Shown: positions 12,051-27,992, numbered from the whole stretch's first letter. The stretch: 62,677 bases of DNA, filler included, from Asterionella formosa (GCA_002256025.1; 18 parts of 18 records of this genome joined end to end with filler, not necessarily neighbours in it); one strand, 5' to 3'. Made by a program: numbers and translations. Notes: generated by a model not told the origin, from the letters alone.

Positions 12051-13710
12051 TAAAGTTCCAATAATTCTGCTATTAGTCCTGGTAGGGCTATTCATGCCTT
12101 AGGAAGACTGATAGCGTTGATCATGTCCTCACTCAATATCCATCACATTATGAAAGTTTGAAACTTACAATGGTAGGCACCCACCAGTAAAAATTATTAT
12201 ATCTAGACAAAATTTGATATTTTCAGGTTTTTGAGGGGCTGTTATTTTAAGTAAGAGTAGTTGAGGACTATTTAGTTTAAGCGATTTGAATCTGCTTTAA
12301 CCAAAATGACTCAAAACAAATCTACTATTAGCAATTTCTTATTTTAACGAATCCATTAGCTTACTCTGCTAATAAAATACGTATGTACCTACCAGCAAGA
12401 ACTGCTCTGAGTACATAACTACTGGTTGACCTATCTCTTTAAATCTTATTATAAAATCAAAGTAATACTAGCATCCTACCAGCAATATTCTAGTATGTCA
12501 ACTTCCAACATGCTTCCATGCATGGCCACCTCCTGTATCTTTCAATGCCACTTATGTCACTCAAAAAAAAGGAAGAGAAAAGGGGTTTAGGAAGCTGCTG
12601 GCACCATGTGTTTGTCATCAGATCCATCATACTGGCACTTGAGTCCCATGCAGCAAGTGTCTTTCAATGATTGAACGCAAAAAGGTTTTGCGGTTGAATG
12701 GAAATGCTCAGGTTATCAGAGGCTTGCTATATGCATGAGTCGATGATGTGGTGTTAATGTTGTTGATACATAATAATGCCTGGTACATGCAAGCCAGTAT
12801 ATAAATATATTTTATTCTTCATCATGTCTTGTGCAATATGTTTACTTCTTCAGCTTCAGTCTCCTTGTTTGTACCATAAATATTATATTAGGTGGGTGTG
12901 ATGATGGCAGTTGGTTCAAAATGGTGATGCTGTACAAAAAGGAAAATTGCTGCTATAAGCAAAGGTAGTTAAAGCAAGGCTAGTTTAACCAAGGCTACAT
13001 TTTAACAAAATGGTCTACTGAAGGTTCCTGTATTTGAGCCCTAGTCAAAAAAAATTTAAAAATTGTCTAGGGTTACTGATTGTCTATGGAAATGGGCTTT
13101 TGGGAGAACATTTTGAATAACAATGATTCCACTTGAATAATTTGAAAATTTTGAGATAGGCATATAGGAATATACAGACAGAAGATTCTACAATTAAGAA
13201 TTAAATTCTGATCAGGAAATTTTGTTGCATGGTGATTCTGATTCCAATATTTTGGGGACCATTGGAAAGGCCAATTTTGTCGATTTTTTGGATGAAGATT
13301 GCTTCTATCTGTGGGGTTTGATGGCAAATAAATACCAAAACAGCATCAGTATATGACTTCTGGCAAGAAAATGCAGAAAGAAACATTAGGTTTTACTATG
13401 CCTAAAATATTTGCCCTACATTTTCTAGCCTTTCAAGCATGATAAGGGCATCAACAGCATGGGACAAGCAATGTATTTATCTTCAGTCACATACCATATA
13501 CCAAATAATCCACATCCTAATAGTTGCTAAATAGTAATCCAAGTCCAAGTACCAAGTAGAATGCCGTTGATGCTCCAATTTTTTATTCTTTAACCCCCTC
13601 CCCCACGCCAAATAGTTTGTACTTTTCCGGCTCTAAACAATGATGCAAATTAAATTATAAGATTTGGGTAAGAACGGATGTTACATAGATTTTTCGGTAG
13701 AATCCATTTA

Positions 13711-13905
13711 TTACTTTCGTTTTGACCATACATGAGGAGTCTCTGATAGTAACCCAAATATCAAATCAGGTCGCTCCCTGCAATGTTCCAAGATCAGAGG
13801 CAATAATGATGCACCCTCCTCAAATTGAGCCATCGATCTTCCCCACTGGTTCAACTCGCACCAATAATCTATTCGTCGCTGCAGCGGCTGCGATTTGGAA
13901 TGGGA
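13711..13905 (-). CDS. 3' end of a gene with a C-terminal cap like those of diatom RNI-like LRR proteins
   Basis: Open frame from the contig end: RIDYWCELNQWGR...LLPLILEH...LIFGLLSETPHVWSKRK*, fitting an I..LN..GR..P.IL..L..P pattern. Confidence 0.5.
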   Translation of the reverse strand, partial: SHSKSQPLQRRIDYWCELNQWGRSMAQFEEGASLLPLILEHCRERPDLIFGLLSETPHVWSKRK

Positions 13906-14005
13906 NNNNNNNNNNNNNNNNNNNNNNNNNNNNNNNNNNNNNNNNNNNNTTAATTAATTAANNNNNNNNNNNNNNNNNNNNNNNNNNNNNNNNNNNNNNN
14001 NNNNN

Positions 14006-14234
14006 AGCCAAATTACATTACTTGAACTGGTACATTATCCTACCAAGAAATTCGAATACAGGAATCAAATAGAAACAATACATATAATAATTAAATATAT
14101 GTAGTCAAAAGGGTTACTATTTAAATTACAAATGCATTTATCAAAATTATTAGATGATATAACGAAAAATTATGATCAGATGATCACAATCCTATGATGC
14201 ATCATGGAAATATGATAGTTTTTATTTGCAGACG
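14006..14234 (-). repeat. Family C terminal segment
   Basis: Matches the reverse complement of 54622-54845. Ends at TTTATTTGCAGACG, as do the other two copies. Confidence 0.8.
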
Positions 14235-16329
14235 CAGTGTGCCGCCTTCCAAGTCAGATTTTTCCTTAACGCTACGGCAAAGATGATCATTTTTCGCGAA
14301 AGATAGCTGGTTGGGGACTCACCAATGCTAACAAAGCTAGGGAAGCACACGGATTTGGCAGGCTGTACTATGGAATTCCACGTGTAACTCCGTGGTCTTA
14401 GAAAGCGCGTTTTAAGTGAATTTCTTTTTTAACTTAGCCATTATATAATATTTACCATAGTGAAATGGGGTACTAGCTTCCAAAAATTTCATCCCAGTTA
14501 CACCGGGGGTTGAAATTTCCCCTTTCATTGAAATTTAGACTCAATTTCCACTTTAGTCCGTTGACATACATTCTGTAGGTGTCCAAGTACAACTAAGCCA
14601 TGAATTACGTAAAATGACCTTCACGTAAAAAAGTCTAGCATATTTGATTTTGAATGGATGCATCACATGAATTCGTTGAATACACCAATATGCGTATTTG
14701 AATACATCAGCAATACATTTGAATGCATCACCTTAATTCCTACATCAAAGTTATTCAATGCATGCAGTATTGAACATCACTATACTTCATGATCACCTTC
14801 ACCTCTGTGTTCGTTGAACATCTTTCACATAATTAATAATTTCGTTCACGTGACCTTCTAATTTCGTTCACATCGTTTTATAATTTGTTAACGTATACTT
14901 TGAATTTCGAATACGATATTTTCTGAACTTAGTTCATGAAATTTTCTGAAGTTCGCTCGTTCAATTGATTTTCTTATTTCACATTTTGCAGAACCCTGTG
15001 ACGCCTCCCGCCCAGTCCTGACATTTGGCTTTCTGTTTCTTATCACAAAAATTTATGATGGGGTGGATGTTATGATTTGATCATGACTAGTACTATGACC
15101 ACTGTTGTACCAACTGTGTCTGATAGGCTAACTGCCAAGAAAACGATTCTGTGTCTGCTTCAAGCAGCGTACACATTCTATAAATTCTTAAATCTATAAC
15201 TCACTTCTTTTAACATGCACCCTTCTAAACTCCTATTGAGCTTTTCAGGTCCATTGACTGTCCAATTCCCTCCTCTCCTTCTTCTCATCTATACCCTCGT
15301 TCATCACAACAACAAGTGTGACTTGGTAAAAAATGACACAAAGATAAGGGCCTATACATTTTTTACTAGCTACTAGCCACTGGATGAACTACTAGACTAA
15401 TTTTATTAGAAGCATACACCCGGAATTCGCACTGAATAGTAAAGCAATCAGCTGATTGCTGCGGTTAGCAGTTCATTCTTCATCAAGAAGAAATTCTATT
15501 CATTCCTTTCTTATTCTATTTCGTCTATTCTTTGCTGACTTCTATGCAATTTATACATAATTCACATTTGATGTTAAGGACGCCGAGCGGTACTTAAATT
15601 TATTAAATTGATGGTGCCATGAAGAAATGCGAATGATTTATGTAATGAAAACTTTCTCTATTTTGCCAAGGATAATGTGATCAACCTTTGATATGATTAA
15701 AGAAATTTTTTTCGTTCTTTTTTCACTAGATTTCTGTTGGATTCCTGTTTTCATTTGCCTATACATTGTTATCCATGCTAAGCAGTACTCTATATGTATT
15801 GAGTTGATAGTCATGCCATGACGAAACATGAAGGATATATGCAAAACCAACGTTTTGCTATGTGCTGCATTTAAAAAATAAATGATCCGTTTCGAAATTT
15901 TGTCATCAATGTGTTAAGTCTCGTACATCATAATAAAATTTGTTTCATAGTATCTTTCTCAATTTCTGTGCGATTCCTACATTCCTTTGTTATCAATGTA
16001 GACGACGTCAAAGAGTTACTCAGAAAATATTGAATTATTGGTGACAGCTGAAAAAACAATGATTAATGCAAAATTAACGTCTAAGATATTTAAATTGAGA
16101 ATATCTCCAAGCCGTTGACTAGATGTTCATTCTGGTGTATCATGATGAACTTTACCAGTTTCTTAGCAGCCAATTTATACATTCCTTTGCATTTGTTGTA
16201 GACTGGTAAATTGTCTAGTTGAAATATCACTGCTCTTTCATGCAAGATCACTAAAGCTGAAAATGTATTTTCACTTGACACTTTGTAATATTGTGAGCTA
16301 TCTCGTAATAGTCTATCTAGTCTTGTTCT

Positions 16330-17100
16330 TGCTGAAGGCAATACTCGCCCGAGGTGGTCTCTTCTTACCTGCAAGTACACATGTATACGAGAAGGCACGT
16401 AGCCGACGAGAAGGGTATTGTTGAGGCAATTCCCGCTCTAGCTATCGTCGCGTCATTCGCTTACCTACTGCCCACAAATAAAGCATAAATGTCAATTTTA
16501 GCTTATTATTGCCCATCATGTGAAATATTTTTCGTATATTTCCTATCCTCACCTCCAAAATTACCAAAGGTCCGATATTGCCCATCATTACAATATATTT
16601 TGTATATTTCATATGTTCGCATTTTGGCCAGACAACAGATGCCAATTGCCCCTTGGTTTTCAAGTCTTGGGATAGCCGAAATCGGCAAGGGGTCTAGTTA
16701 AGGAAACCTTTTTACATAGACTTTAATAATTTATATCTAGAATTCAGCTCGTTTTGTTCGTCTCCTGAAAAGTTGACTCCGGCAATTCAGCTTTCACCAT
16801 GCCAATCGTTGTCCATCATGACCGGTTTGAAGCGAAATCACTTAGCGATGACACCAGTAGCGATTCGTTGTCTAACGGATGCGGTTGGCTGTTGGATTGC
16901 TTGTCTTCTCGACGGATTCATGTAGTCGCATCGTCCATATTTCGTCGGACAAACAATGATATCGTTACATCTGATGTTGGTGGCAAGTTTTTGCTCCGGT
17001 CATGCATGTGATGATGCTTAAAGGATATTCTTCTGGTACCGGCAGTCATCTACTAGCCTACATACGCACGTGGTACTAAAAACGACCATGCATGGTTTAA
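16330..17100 (+). repeat. Dispersed repeat family D (~770 bp), copy 1
   Basis: Colinear and highly similar to 36715-37489. Internal direct repeat TATTGCCCATCAT. Confidence 0.9.
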
Positions 17101-17402
17101 GGTTCCTGCATTTGAACCCCTAGCTCGAGGTAGGGTTAAAAAAATAATATTAAGTCAGAGTAGTCAAACATAGACTTCTTACGAGTAAAAAGTAAATGTA
17201 TATCGCTAAACGGAGCTTTCACCAATACACACCCTTTCCACATGCTTAAATACAGTAATTATCAAAGTAGGGGTATAGGTCAACGCTATATATCGTCAGG
17301 ATATAGGATCTGGCGAGAAACTGCAGAAAGGAACTTCGGTTTTTTAACTATGCTGAAAATAGTGGATTTTACCGGGCTAACTCGTTTATTTGGCCTAGTA
17401 AA
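17101..17402 (+). mobile_element. MITE family B end, inserted at TTAA within family D
   Basis: GGTTTAA|GGTTCCTGCATTTGAACCCCTAG here, whereas the other family D copy reads GGTTTAAGCTATG (37483-37495). Confidence 0.75.
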
Positions 17403-17502
17403 NNNNNNNNNNNNNNNNNNNNNNNNNNNNNNNNNNNNNNNNNNNNTTAATTAATTAANNNNNNNNNNNNNNNNNNNNNNNNNNNNNNNNNNNNNNNNNN
17501 NN

Positions 17503-19885
17503 TGATGCCATCGATGATCACGAAGTTGCCGATCTGCTCCATGATGGGCCACCCCCTACGGTTTTGGACGATGCACCGCTAGTCGCGCCAAATCCAGTCG
17601 CCCCGGACCCAGGAGCCCCACACACGATCGACGTTGATGACGTCACGCTTGTCTACGATGACTACATACAACATGAACACAACAACGAAAACCAAGGAGC
17701 GCACTTGGAACAAGGAGCGTCTATGGAAGAGTCAGCGACCATTGAAGAAGCCAATCAAGAAGCGGGTTCTGTCAACGACTACGAGGCGGCAGATCAAGGA
17801 GCGTTGGCAGGGGAACACAGACCACATAATCCCCGACAACGCCGGGTAGCCACAAGTGAACAGTTCAAGCAGGCCATTGATGCACCGCATAGCAACAAGT
17901 CATACTTTCCACCAAGACAGTTCGTACAACGCGGATTTCGAACAAAGATGTCATACGCAGACGACAACACAAGTAAACATATTTTTGGGTATGTAATGAA
18001 CCAGATGACCGCGAAGGCGGGAATAAAGAAACACGGGAAAGCGGCGGAGGCCGCCCTGATGAGAGAATTTGCACAACTAGAGGAGCTGGATGTGTACGAA
18101 CCCGTAAGCGCGAACTCCCTTACCAGGGAACAGAGGACGGGAGCGCTCCGAGCCATCAATTTCATCAAATAGAAGAGAGACGGGCGCCTCAAGGGGCGTA
18201 CAGTAGCCGACGGGAGACCGCAGCGATCACTTTATGACAAGTCGCAGACGGCATCTCCAACAGTATCCACCGATGCACTCATGTTGTCCATCATGATCGA
18301 TGCACATGAAGGAAGAGATGTCGCCACAGCAGATGTGGCGGGTGCGTATTTAAAAGCAGACATGGATGATTTCGTTGTTATGAAATTCACTGGTGAATCA
18401 GTCGATATAGTATGCAACATGAATCCAGAGCACACGAATTTTGTGTCCAACGAGAAAGGAAACAAAGTGTTGTACGTCAGGCTAGTGAAAGCGATTTATG
18501 GGTGCGTCAAATCTGCCCTACTATGGTATGATTTATTCCACAACACCCTAAAAGAGATGGGTTTTGTGTTAAACCCTTACGACTCTTGCATTGCTAACTG
18601 CACAATCAACGGGAAGCAGTGTACGATTGCGTGGTATGTAGACGACAACAAGATTTCGCATGTGGACCCGGACGTCGTGACATCAATTATCAAAAAAATC
18701 GAGGAGAGTTTTGACAAAATGACTGTCACCAGAGGAACAGAGCACATTTTCCTATTTATGCACATACAATACACAGGCAAGGGCACAGCTGTCATTACTA
18801 TGAAGAAATATCTTAAGGAAGCATTGAGCGAGTCAGGGATGGAAATCACACGGGAAGTGGCCACGCCAGCCCAGAAGTGTCTATTTGAAGTGGATGAGGA
18901 GTCTCCCTTTTTGAGCCAGAACGAAGCCGAGATTTTCCATAGTGTAGTGGCGAAACTGCTTTACGTTTCGATCAGGGCAAGAGCGGATTTGCTACTGGCG
19001 GTCAGTTTCCTATGCACCAGGGTATCAAAAAGCACCAAACAAGATCAGAGAAAGCTACGACGGGTGTTGGAATACATAAATGGAAGTATGTATGTGGAAT
19101 ACACCATTGGAGCCGACGTCATGGGCAAGATGAGGTCGTGGGTGGATACGGCCTTTGCCGTGCACCCTGACATGAAGAGTCACACCGGTGGCGTGATGTC
19201 TTTTGGGACTGGAGGCATCATATGCAAGTCGACCAAGCAGAAATTGAACACAGAGAGTTCGACGGAGGCTGAATTTGTGGGTGCCAGCGATTATCTCCCA
19301 AACACGCTGTGGGTAAAAATGTTTCTTGAAGCACAGGGATACAAGATTCAAGAAAGTTTCTTCGAACAAGACAACGAGAGCGCAATTAAACTCGAGAAGA
19401 ACGGACGAATTTCGGCAGGGCCAAAGTCTCGGCATATCAACATCCGCTATTTCTGGATTAAGGATCGATCGGTAGATGAAGGAATCACCATTCGCCATTG
19501 TCCAACGTTGGAAATGTTGGGGGATTTTTTTACGAAACCACTGCAAGGAAACCTGTTCAGAACATTCCGAAATGTGCTTCTAGGAGCTGCGCACGTCGAT
19601 ACCCTGACTGCCAGTTCCCTGGCAACAGCCGAGGAGCGTGTTGAAAAAATTCGAGCTGACTGCCACAGGACAGGAGTGAAGGGTATAGTAGACACGAGAG
19701 AGTACAGTACTACAGTTAAAACCGTACAGCCGCTACCAAGAGTTACCTGGGCTGACGTGGTAAAAGGCACAACGCAAGGAAAAGCAATCAGAGGTCAGGA
19801 AAAAATGTTAAAATGCAATGTGAGTAATGAGAGTGTTTCGAGACCATTATCTCGAAACAATCCAGTTAGTAAAGTGAAAGTTTAA
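17503..19885 (+). pseudogene. Ty1/Copia (CoDi-like) pol: reverse transcriptase and RNase H, one in-frame stop
   Basis: K*KRDGRLKGRTVADG (TAG at 18170-18172), DVAGAYL, KAIYG, WYVDD, SSTEAE, QDNESAI, HINIRYF, GDFFTKPL. Confidence 0.95.
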
Positions 19886-19893
19886 GTTTGACA
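19631..19893 (+). mobile_element. Polypurine tract and probable 3' LTR of the Copia element
   Basis: GAGGAGCG|TGTTG at 19631-19643, shortly after the RNase H motifs. Putative LTR end ...GTTTGACA at 19893 is unconfirmed because no 5' LTR is in the window. Confidence 0.55.
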
Positions 19894-20266
19894 ACTTCCT
19901 CTGATGTAATCTAAACGTGCCTTGTTGGTACGTTCAATGGTCTGATTCATTGGAAGTAGTGCATCAGAACCATTCCATATGAAATCGGCAAGCTCTGGGT
20001 CACTCTCCACTTCTTTGCCTGACTCCGGTTTCACTGTGTATAGCCGAGTTAGGCAAGCAACATTCGGCAAACCAATCCTGTTTGTGATTGGAAATGCCTT
20101 TTTCATACTACTTGGACCAGATAGGGCGGGATGTTTGATTCTCTTTTGGGAACAGAAAAAAGCACATTTGATTGATATTCTGTTTTACTATACTACCTGC
20201 AATTCACAAACTATAACATCAAACTTACATGTTCACAGCAAAACTTCTTGGTCTTGAATATAAAAC

Positions 20267-20840
20267 TCACAACCTTTGTGACAATTGATGGATTGGTTCA
20301 ATTTTAGCTAAGCGAGAACGACGTTCTGATAAGGCTGCTGAAATTGAAGAGTCTTGATAACCTCGTATGGACGAGTTTTGAACCGAATTACGACCTTTGT
20401 AGTGATTGAGTTCATTGACCAATTGATAATATCCTTTGGCAAGTACAAAATGTTTTTCCCTCAGGTTGTCATGTACTTGTTGGTCTGTGCGATTAGAAAA
20501 TTTATGATATGGTACCATGTCATCCATCTGCATCCGGGAGTTATTAATGTCATCATCGACAGGAGCCATTTTTCTTGTATCAACAACTGAAGTAGAAACG
20601 TCATCATTGCTGTCAGTATCAATTACGGGATCCTTTGTACTAGTAGCTGATGGTGTCCCCATCGACGATGGGGTATTACCCCCAACATCTCCCAATCGCC
20701 GATTGGGTTGCTTTGGATAATCGCCTATTCGCTTTTTCTTTGTAAACTCATTTTGGAACTTGCTTCTTTGTTAAATACCGGCAGTATTTGCCACATGTCG
20801 CTTGTTTCCATGAACCTCTTTATGGTTTCTTGAAGACATT
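20267..20840 (-). pseudogene. Hypothetical protein fragment
   Basis: ATG at ~20840 (MSSRNHKE), one TAA, then the frame continues into the 142-aa ORF. No recognisable domain. Confidence 0.25.
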
Positions 20841-21961
20841 GTACTACTTGATAACTGTTGTCGTTGTCTTCCTTAAAGTTCGATGATCTTAAATTCATTT
20901 NNNNNNNNNNNNNNNNNNNNNNNNNNNNNNNNNNNNNNNNNNNNTTAATTAATTAANNNNNNNNNNNNNNNNNNNNNNNNNNNNNNNNNNNNNNNNNNNN
21001 GTACCAGGTACCACTTGGAGTAGACTACCAGGACCAGATAATGCGTATTTTGGATGTCAAAAATAAGCATAGTAGAGGCTGGTGAATTAATGTATACTTA
21101 ATCTTTTTCAGCTATTATTGATTAGCACATCCAACTCGATCTCCATGATATGGATTGGTAATACTAGATCATAAGGATGTTCCATCACAATGCAAGGGAA
21201 TCGGTAACATATCCACTTTGGCATCACAAAAACAGCTTTCCATGAACCTCTAAATATCTCCACAGATATTTTAACTCCACATGCACCCTGCATCAAAAGT
21301 CACTCCACATTGGGGTCCAGCAGCCAATCATAATATCTCCACATAAAGGCAGATTTTTACATATGTGATGACGCTGTAGGTCAACATGGTGATGTAACAC
21401 AATACACACAAGGGTACTAGCTACCCCCCCACTAGCTATCATGCATGCATCATCTGTTTTGTATTACATAGTAGGCCATATGTATTACCATTTGACACTA
21501 TACCTACATATATCAGTGCCTGGTAACAGGTACCATAATTGGATGTTCTGGTAGGTTTATTTAAAATACTGGTACAAATAAAAATAATAGTTCAATAAGT
21601 AACGCACTGCAATATTCTTAGCATAGTATCATTTATACATGGATACATACCCACCATCAAAATTTGTACTTACATGGTTTAGCGCTTCTACAACATGTTT
21701 ACCTGTATACAAGTCAGCTAAATTTGTATATTTACTAAATATTTATTCGGGTGGTGTCTGTTGACATTTATTTTGGTGTCTGATGATGTCACGAAACCTA
21801 GCCCTCCTAACCCCTAAATTTAGACGGAATAGGGTTAGGGTTTCACAATAACTCCACAACCATTTCTATTACATCACTAAGCGTGCTCTACTAAATCCCG
21901 AAAAGCACACGGAGATATAAAAAGGTTAACAGTACTTGGCCTGGTAAGAAAATTTCATCAA

Positions 21962-23166
21962 GGTTTTGGCCCTGCAGTTAGTAACTACAAATTGCAAGGT
22001 CTTTTTTTCCCAATATATTTTATGATTTACCTCAATCCACACAATAACTAAACCTAAATAAATAAGTCAAAGGTAAAATTATCTTTAAAGTCATCGGTCA
22101 CTTTTTTTCAAAAAAGGTGCTACTAAGCAAGCATTCTAAAATATCTACAAGGGATAACTGCCACTTCTCTCCAGAAGTTAACTCATGATGTTTTAGCTAG
22201 GGTACATGCCTACATATTTTTATCTCCATGAAACCCTAGTACAGATATAGAGAAATACTCCTCCAAAAAGTTGACCCAATTGGCTATTTCAACAGTCTCC
22301 AAAATATTGGAATTGGAATGATGTGTACATGCATGTGAAACGTTCTCATAGATATAGAAGTCTTGCGTAGGGATGTTTGCCTGAATAACTCTCTGTCCGA
22401 AAAGACTCCATGGTAAGTTCCTGTGTTAGTACACATATTCTGATTGGCTGAGTTGAATTCACTGAACTACTCCAGATCGGCTGCAGTATCCTGGTCTTGT
22501 AAAATCATGCCAGCCACTCTTGAACCACATGTATTAGATGCATCAGTAAAATCAGTACTAGTACCAGTAGTTTAATGTAGGACATCAACACAAGGATATT
22601 TTGCTGCTCAAAGGAGAACCAAGTATATATAGAAGCAGGATGATTAAATGATGCTCAAGGTCTATAGGGGAATAGCTTAGTTGGTTAGCTCCCCCTCCGA
22701 GGTGGCAGGTTCGATTCCCAAATTCTCCAACTGCTTTGCTTGTTTATGTAGTCCCTTGGGTATGGGTGGTGAGGCAGACAAAAAGCCGGTCCAAGGCCAT
22801 TCAGGGGGCCAAGCACAACTTCACAACAACCTCCACAATTTTTGAGTTCTTTAACAAAAGCATACTATAACTTTTACTTGATAATTTTATATTGCTAGTC
22901 TATACCATGTGCTCTGGCAGGGAGTAAAATTAAATCTACATTGACTCAATGATATAACATAAAGGTTTTGATTTTGTTTGAAATGGAACTCTTTCAATGT
23001 TGCACCAATTTCTACTTAGTTTAAATATTAAGACAGATACTTGCATCATGGGAATACACAGAAACTGCATCATGGGAATACACAGAAACAAATTTCCTGC
23101 TCCATGCCAATTTTACAACCCTAGCTATGTTTTACTCCAAACTAGATTTAAGCTGGGGCTGCAACT
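21962..23166 (+). mobile_element. MITE family A, full-length copy with both TIRs
   Basis: TCAA|GGTTTTGGCCCTGC ... GCTGGGGCTGCAACT|TTAA. Consensus TIR GGTTGCGGCCCC from three copies. Colinear with 10912-12050 except for 22580-22900. Confidence 0.8.
22667..22729 (+). pseudogene. tRNA-derived sequence lacking an anticodon arm (probable SINE head)
   Basis: GGGGAAT...ATTCTCC-A acceptor stem, A-box TAGCTTAGTTGG, B-box GGTTCGATTCCC; only 63 nt. Confidence 0.6.
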
Positions 23167-23225
23167 TTAATAGCCTATCTTTGAGCGATTTTGTTTGTGC
23201 TGTGCTGACCCTTTCATTTAACAAT

Positions 23226-24230
23226 TCACTGCATCTCTTCGAGAAACTCGACAGCTGTTTCAGCTGTCATGAACTCTGTTTCGAGGGTAGGCCGACTTTC
23301 AAGAAAGGCATTCCAGTCCTCCATGAAATAATCAAAATCCAAATGCTCCCGTTCTGTATCTGTGAAAATAGCTAAATACGCCCTTTGTAAACTTTTTGAC
23401 TCAGATCCAAACTTGATCTTCAACTCATCTCTTCTTGATGGAGTCACCATGGGGTCTTGCGACTGAAACCAAATCTTGCTCGTCTCATAGACATGTTTAT
23501 GAACTTCATCGGGATCCAAATTATCGCGATCAAAACTTTCACCCTTGCGGCATAATAGCACAGTAACAGTTGTATTATAATTTTCGTCCGGCACGAATTC
23601 GCCAGTAGACCACCTTGAAGTCGGTGGTTGGAGTTCGTCGAGTTGTGATGTATCGTTGACACTACATTCCTTGCTTTTTCTATTCAAAGTATCCAACTGT
23701 CTACGGAGCACTTGATGTTCGATGGTCCAGTCTGCTCCAGGAATATCTCGCAGCAACGGAATCAAAAATTCTGGGTGGTGGAAGGACACAACAAAGTACA
23801 CCCCATTGCCCTTAAGTACACGATAGGTCTCGCACAACAAACCGGTGGTTGCCTTGTCACTACACAGCGTGCAATCTAGCGCGGATTTGTCCATAACTAG
23901 GTCGAAGAATTGGGCGGGAAAAGGTACCGGGTCCGAGGCTAGATCTACTCGCCTGAATTCCAATCGGTCGTCGTCGGGCGCCTTCTTGTTCCTCCATCGT
24001 TGCTCCATTTTATCCAAAGTTTCTTTGTCTATGTCGATGTTGACCACGTGAGCATATTCGTGGCGCTCAATGAGGTACTCACCTAGTGTTGAGGAGCCAC
24101 ATCCAACATGAAGCGCTGTTGCGCATGTGCTTGCAAAGTTGAGTGTGGATAGAATTGGTGACAGGCTCGCCGATGATGTCAGCCATTCAAAAGGTCCGAT
24201 TTCGTCCCCTTGCTGCTCAGCTACTACCAT
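23226..24230 (-). CDS. Class I SAM-dependent methyltransferase (EEF1AKMT4/METTL13 N-domain-like)
   Basis: FEW motif, motif I LHVGCGSS, VVNIDID, DLVMDKSALD, YRVLKGNGVYFVVSF. ATG at 24230 preferred over the TTG at 24278. Confidence 0.85.
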   Translation of the reverse strand: MVVAEQQGDEIGPFEWLTSSASLSPILSTLNFASTCATALHVGCGSSTLGEYLIERHEYAHVVNIDIDKETLDKMEQRWRNKKAPDDDRLEFRRVDLASDPVPFPAQFFDLVMDKSALDCTLCSDKATTGLLCETYRVLKGNGVYFVVSFHHPEFLIPLLRDIPGADWTIEHQVLRRQLDTLNRKSKECSVNDTSQLDELQPPTSRWSTGEFVPDENYNTTVTVLLCRKGESFDRDNLDPDEVHKHVYETSKIWFQSQDPMVTPSRRDELKIKFGSESKSLQRAYLAIFTDTEREHLDFDYFMEDWNAFLESRPTLETEFMTAETAVEFLEEMQ

Positions 24231-24497
24231 GATAAGTGAAGTTAATCGCGACAAACGACGAGGCGATAATTGAAACAATAAGCAAATAGACTGCTATGCA
24301 TAACAGGGAGGAGATCGAAATTGAACTCGTGTGTTATATTATTGGCACAAACCAAAAAGGCGTGTGTGAAAGCTCAAGAGAAAGCGCTTTTGGAAAANNN
24401 NNNNNNNNNNNNNNNNNNNNNNNNNNNNNNNNNNNNNNNNNTTAATTAATTAANNNNNNNNNNNNNNNNNNNNNNNNNNNNNNNNNNNNNNNNNNNN

Positions 24498-27613
<3,116 letters not shown>

Positions 27614-27992
27614 TCAAATCTATTGAGATGATTGGAAAAGCAAGGTTTGAATTACTTTTTTTATGATGCTGAAGAAATGAAATCCGAGAAAGATTTTTCC
27701 TTTTCATTGTTTCTCGACAATCCTCATGATGCGCTTTGGTTTGCTTCCTCTTTCCTCGAGTACAATTTTAGAGAGTGTCCATAATACATACAAGTATTAC
27801 ATGCATGATATTATACGCCGGTATGTACCGGTATACATCAATAAAAAATCGACAGCGAGACGACCAATTCGAACCAACTGATGTACCATAGANNNNNNNN
27901 NNNNNNNNNNNNNNNNNNNNNNNNNNNNNNNNNNNNTTAATTAATTAANNNNNNNNNNNNNNNNNNNNNNNNNNNNNNNNNNNNNNNNNNNN

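Noticed and set aside
16442..17011. Short ORFs conserved between the family D copies
   Set aside because: Similarity is explained by DNA-level repetition; they overlap on both strands and show no domain signal.
21795..21845. Telomere-like CCTAACCCCTAAA / TAGGGTTAGGG
   Set aside because: Only 2-3 imperfect internal units.
22667..22729. Functional tRNA gene
   Set aside because: Too short and lacks an anticodon stem-loop.
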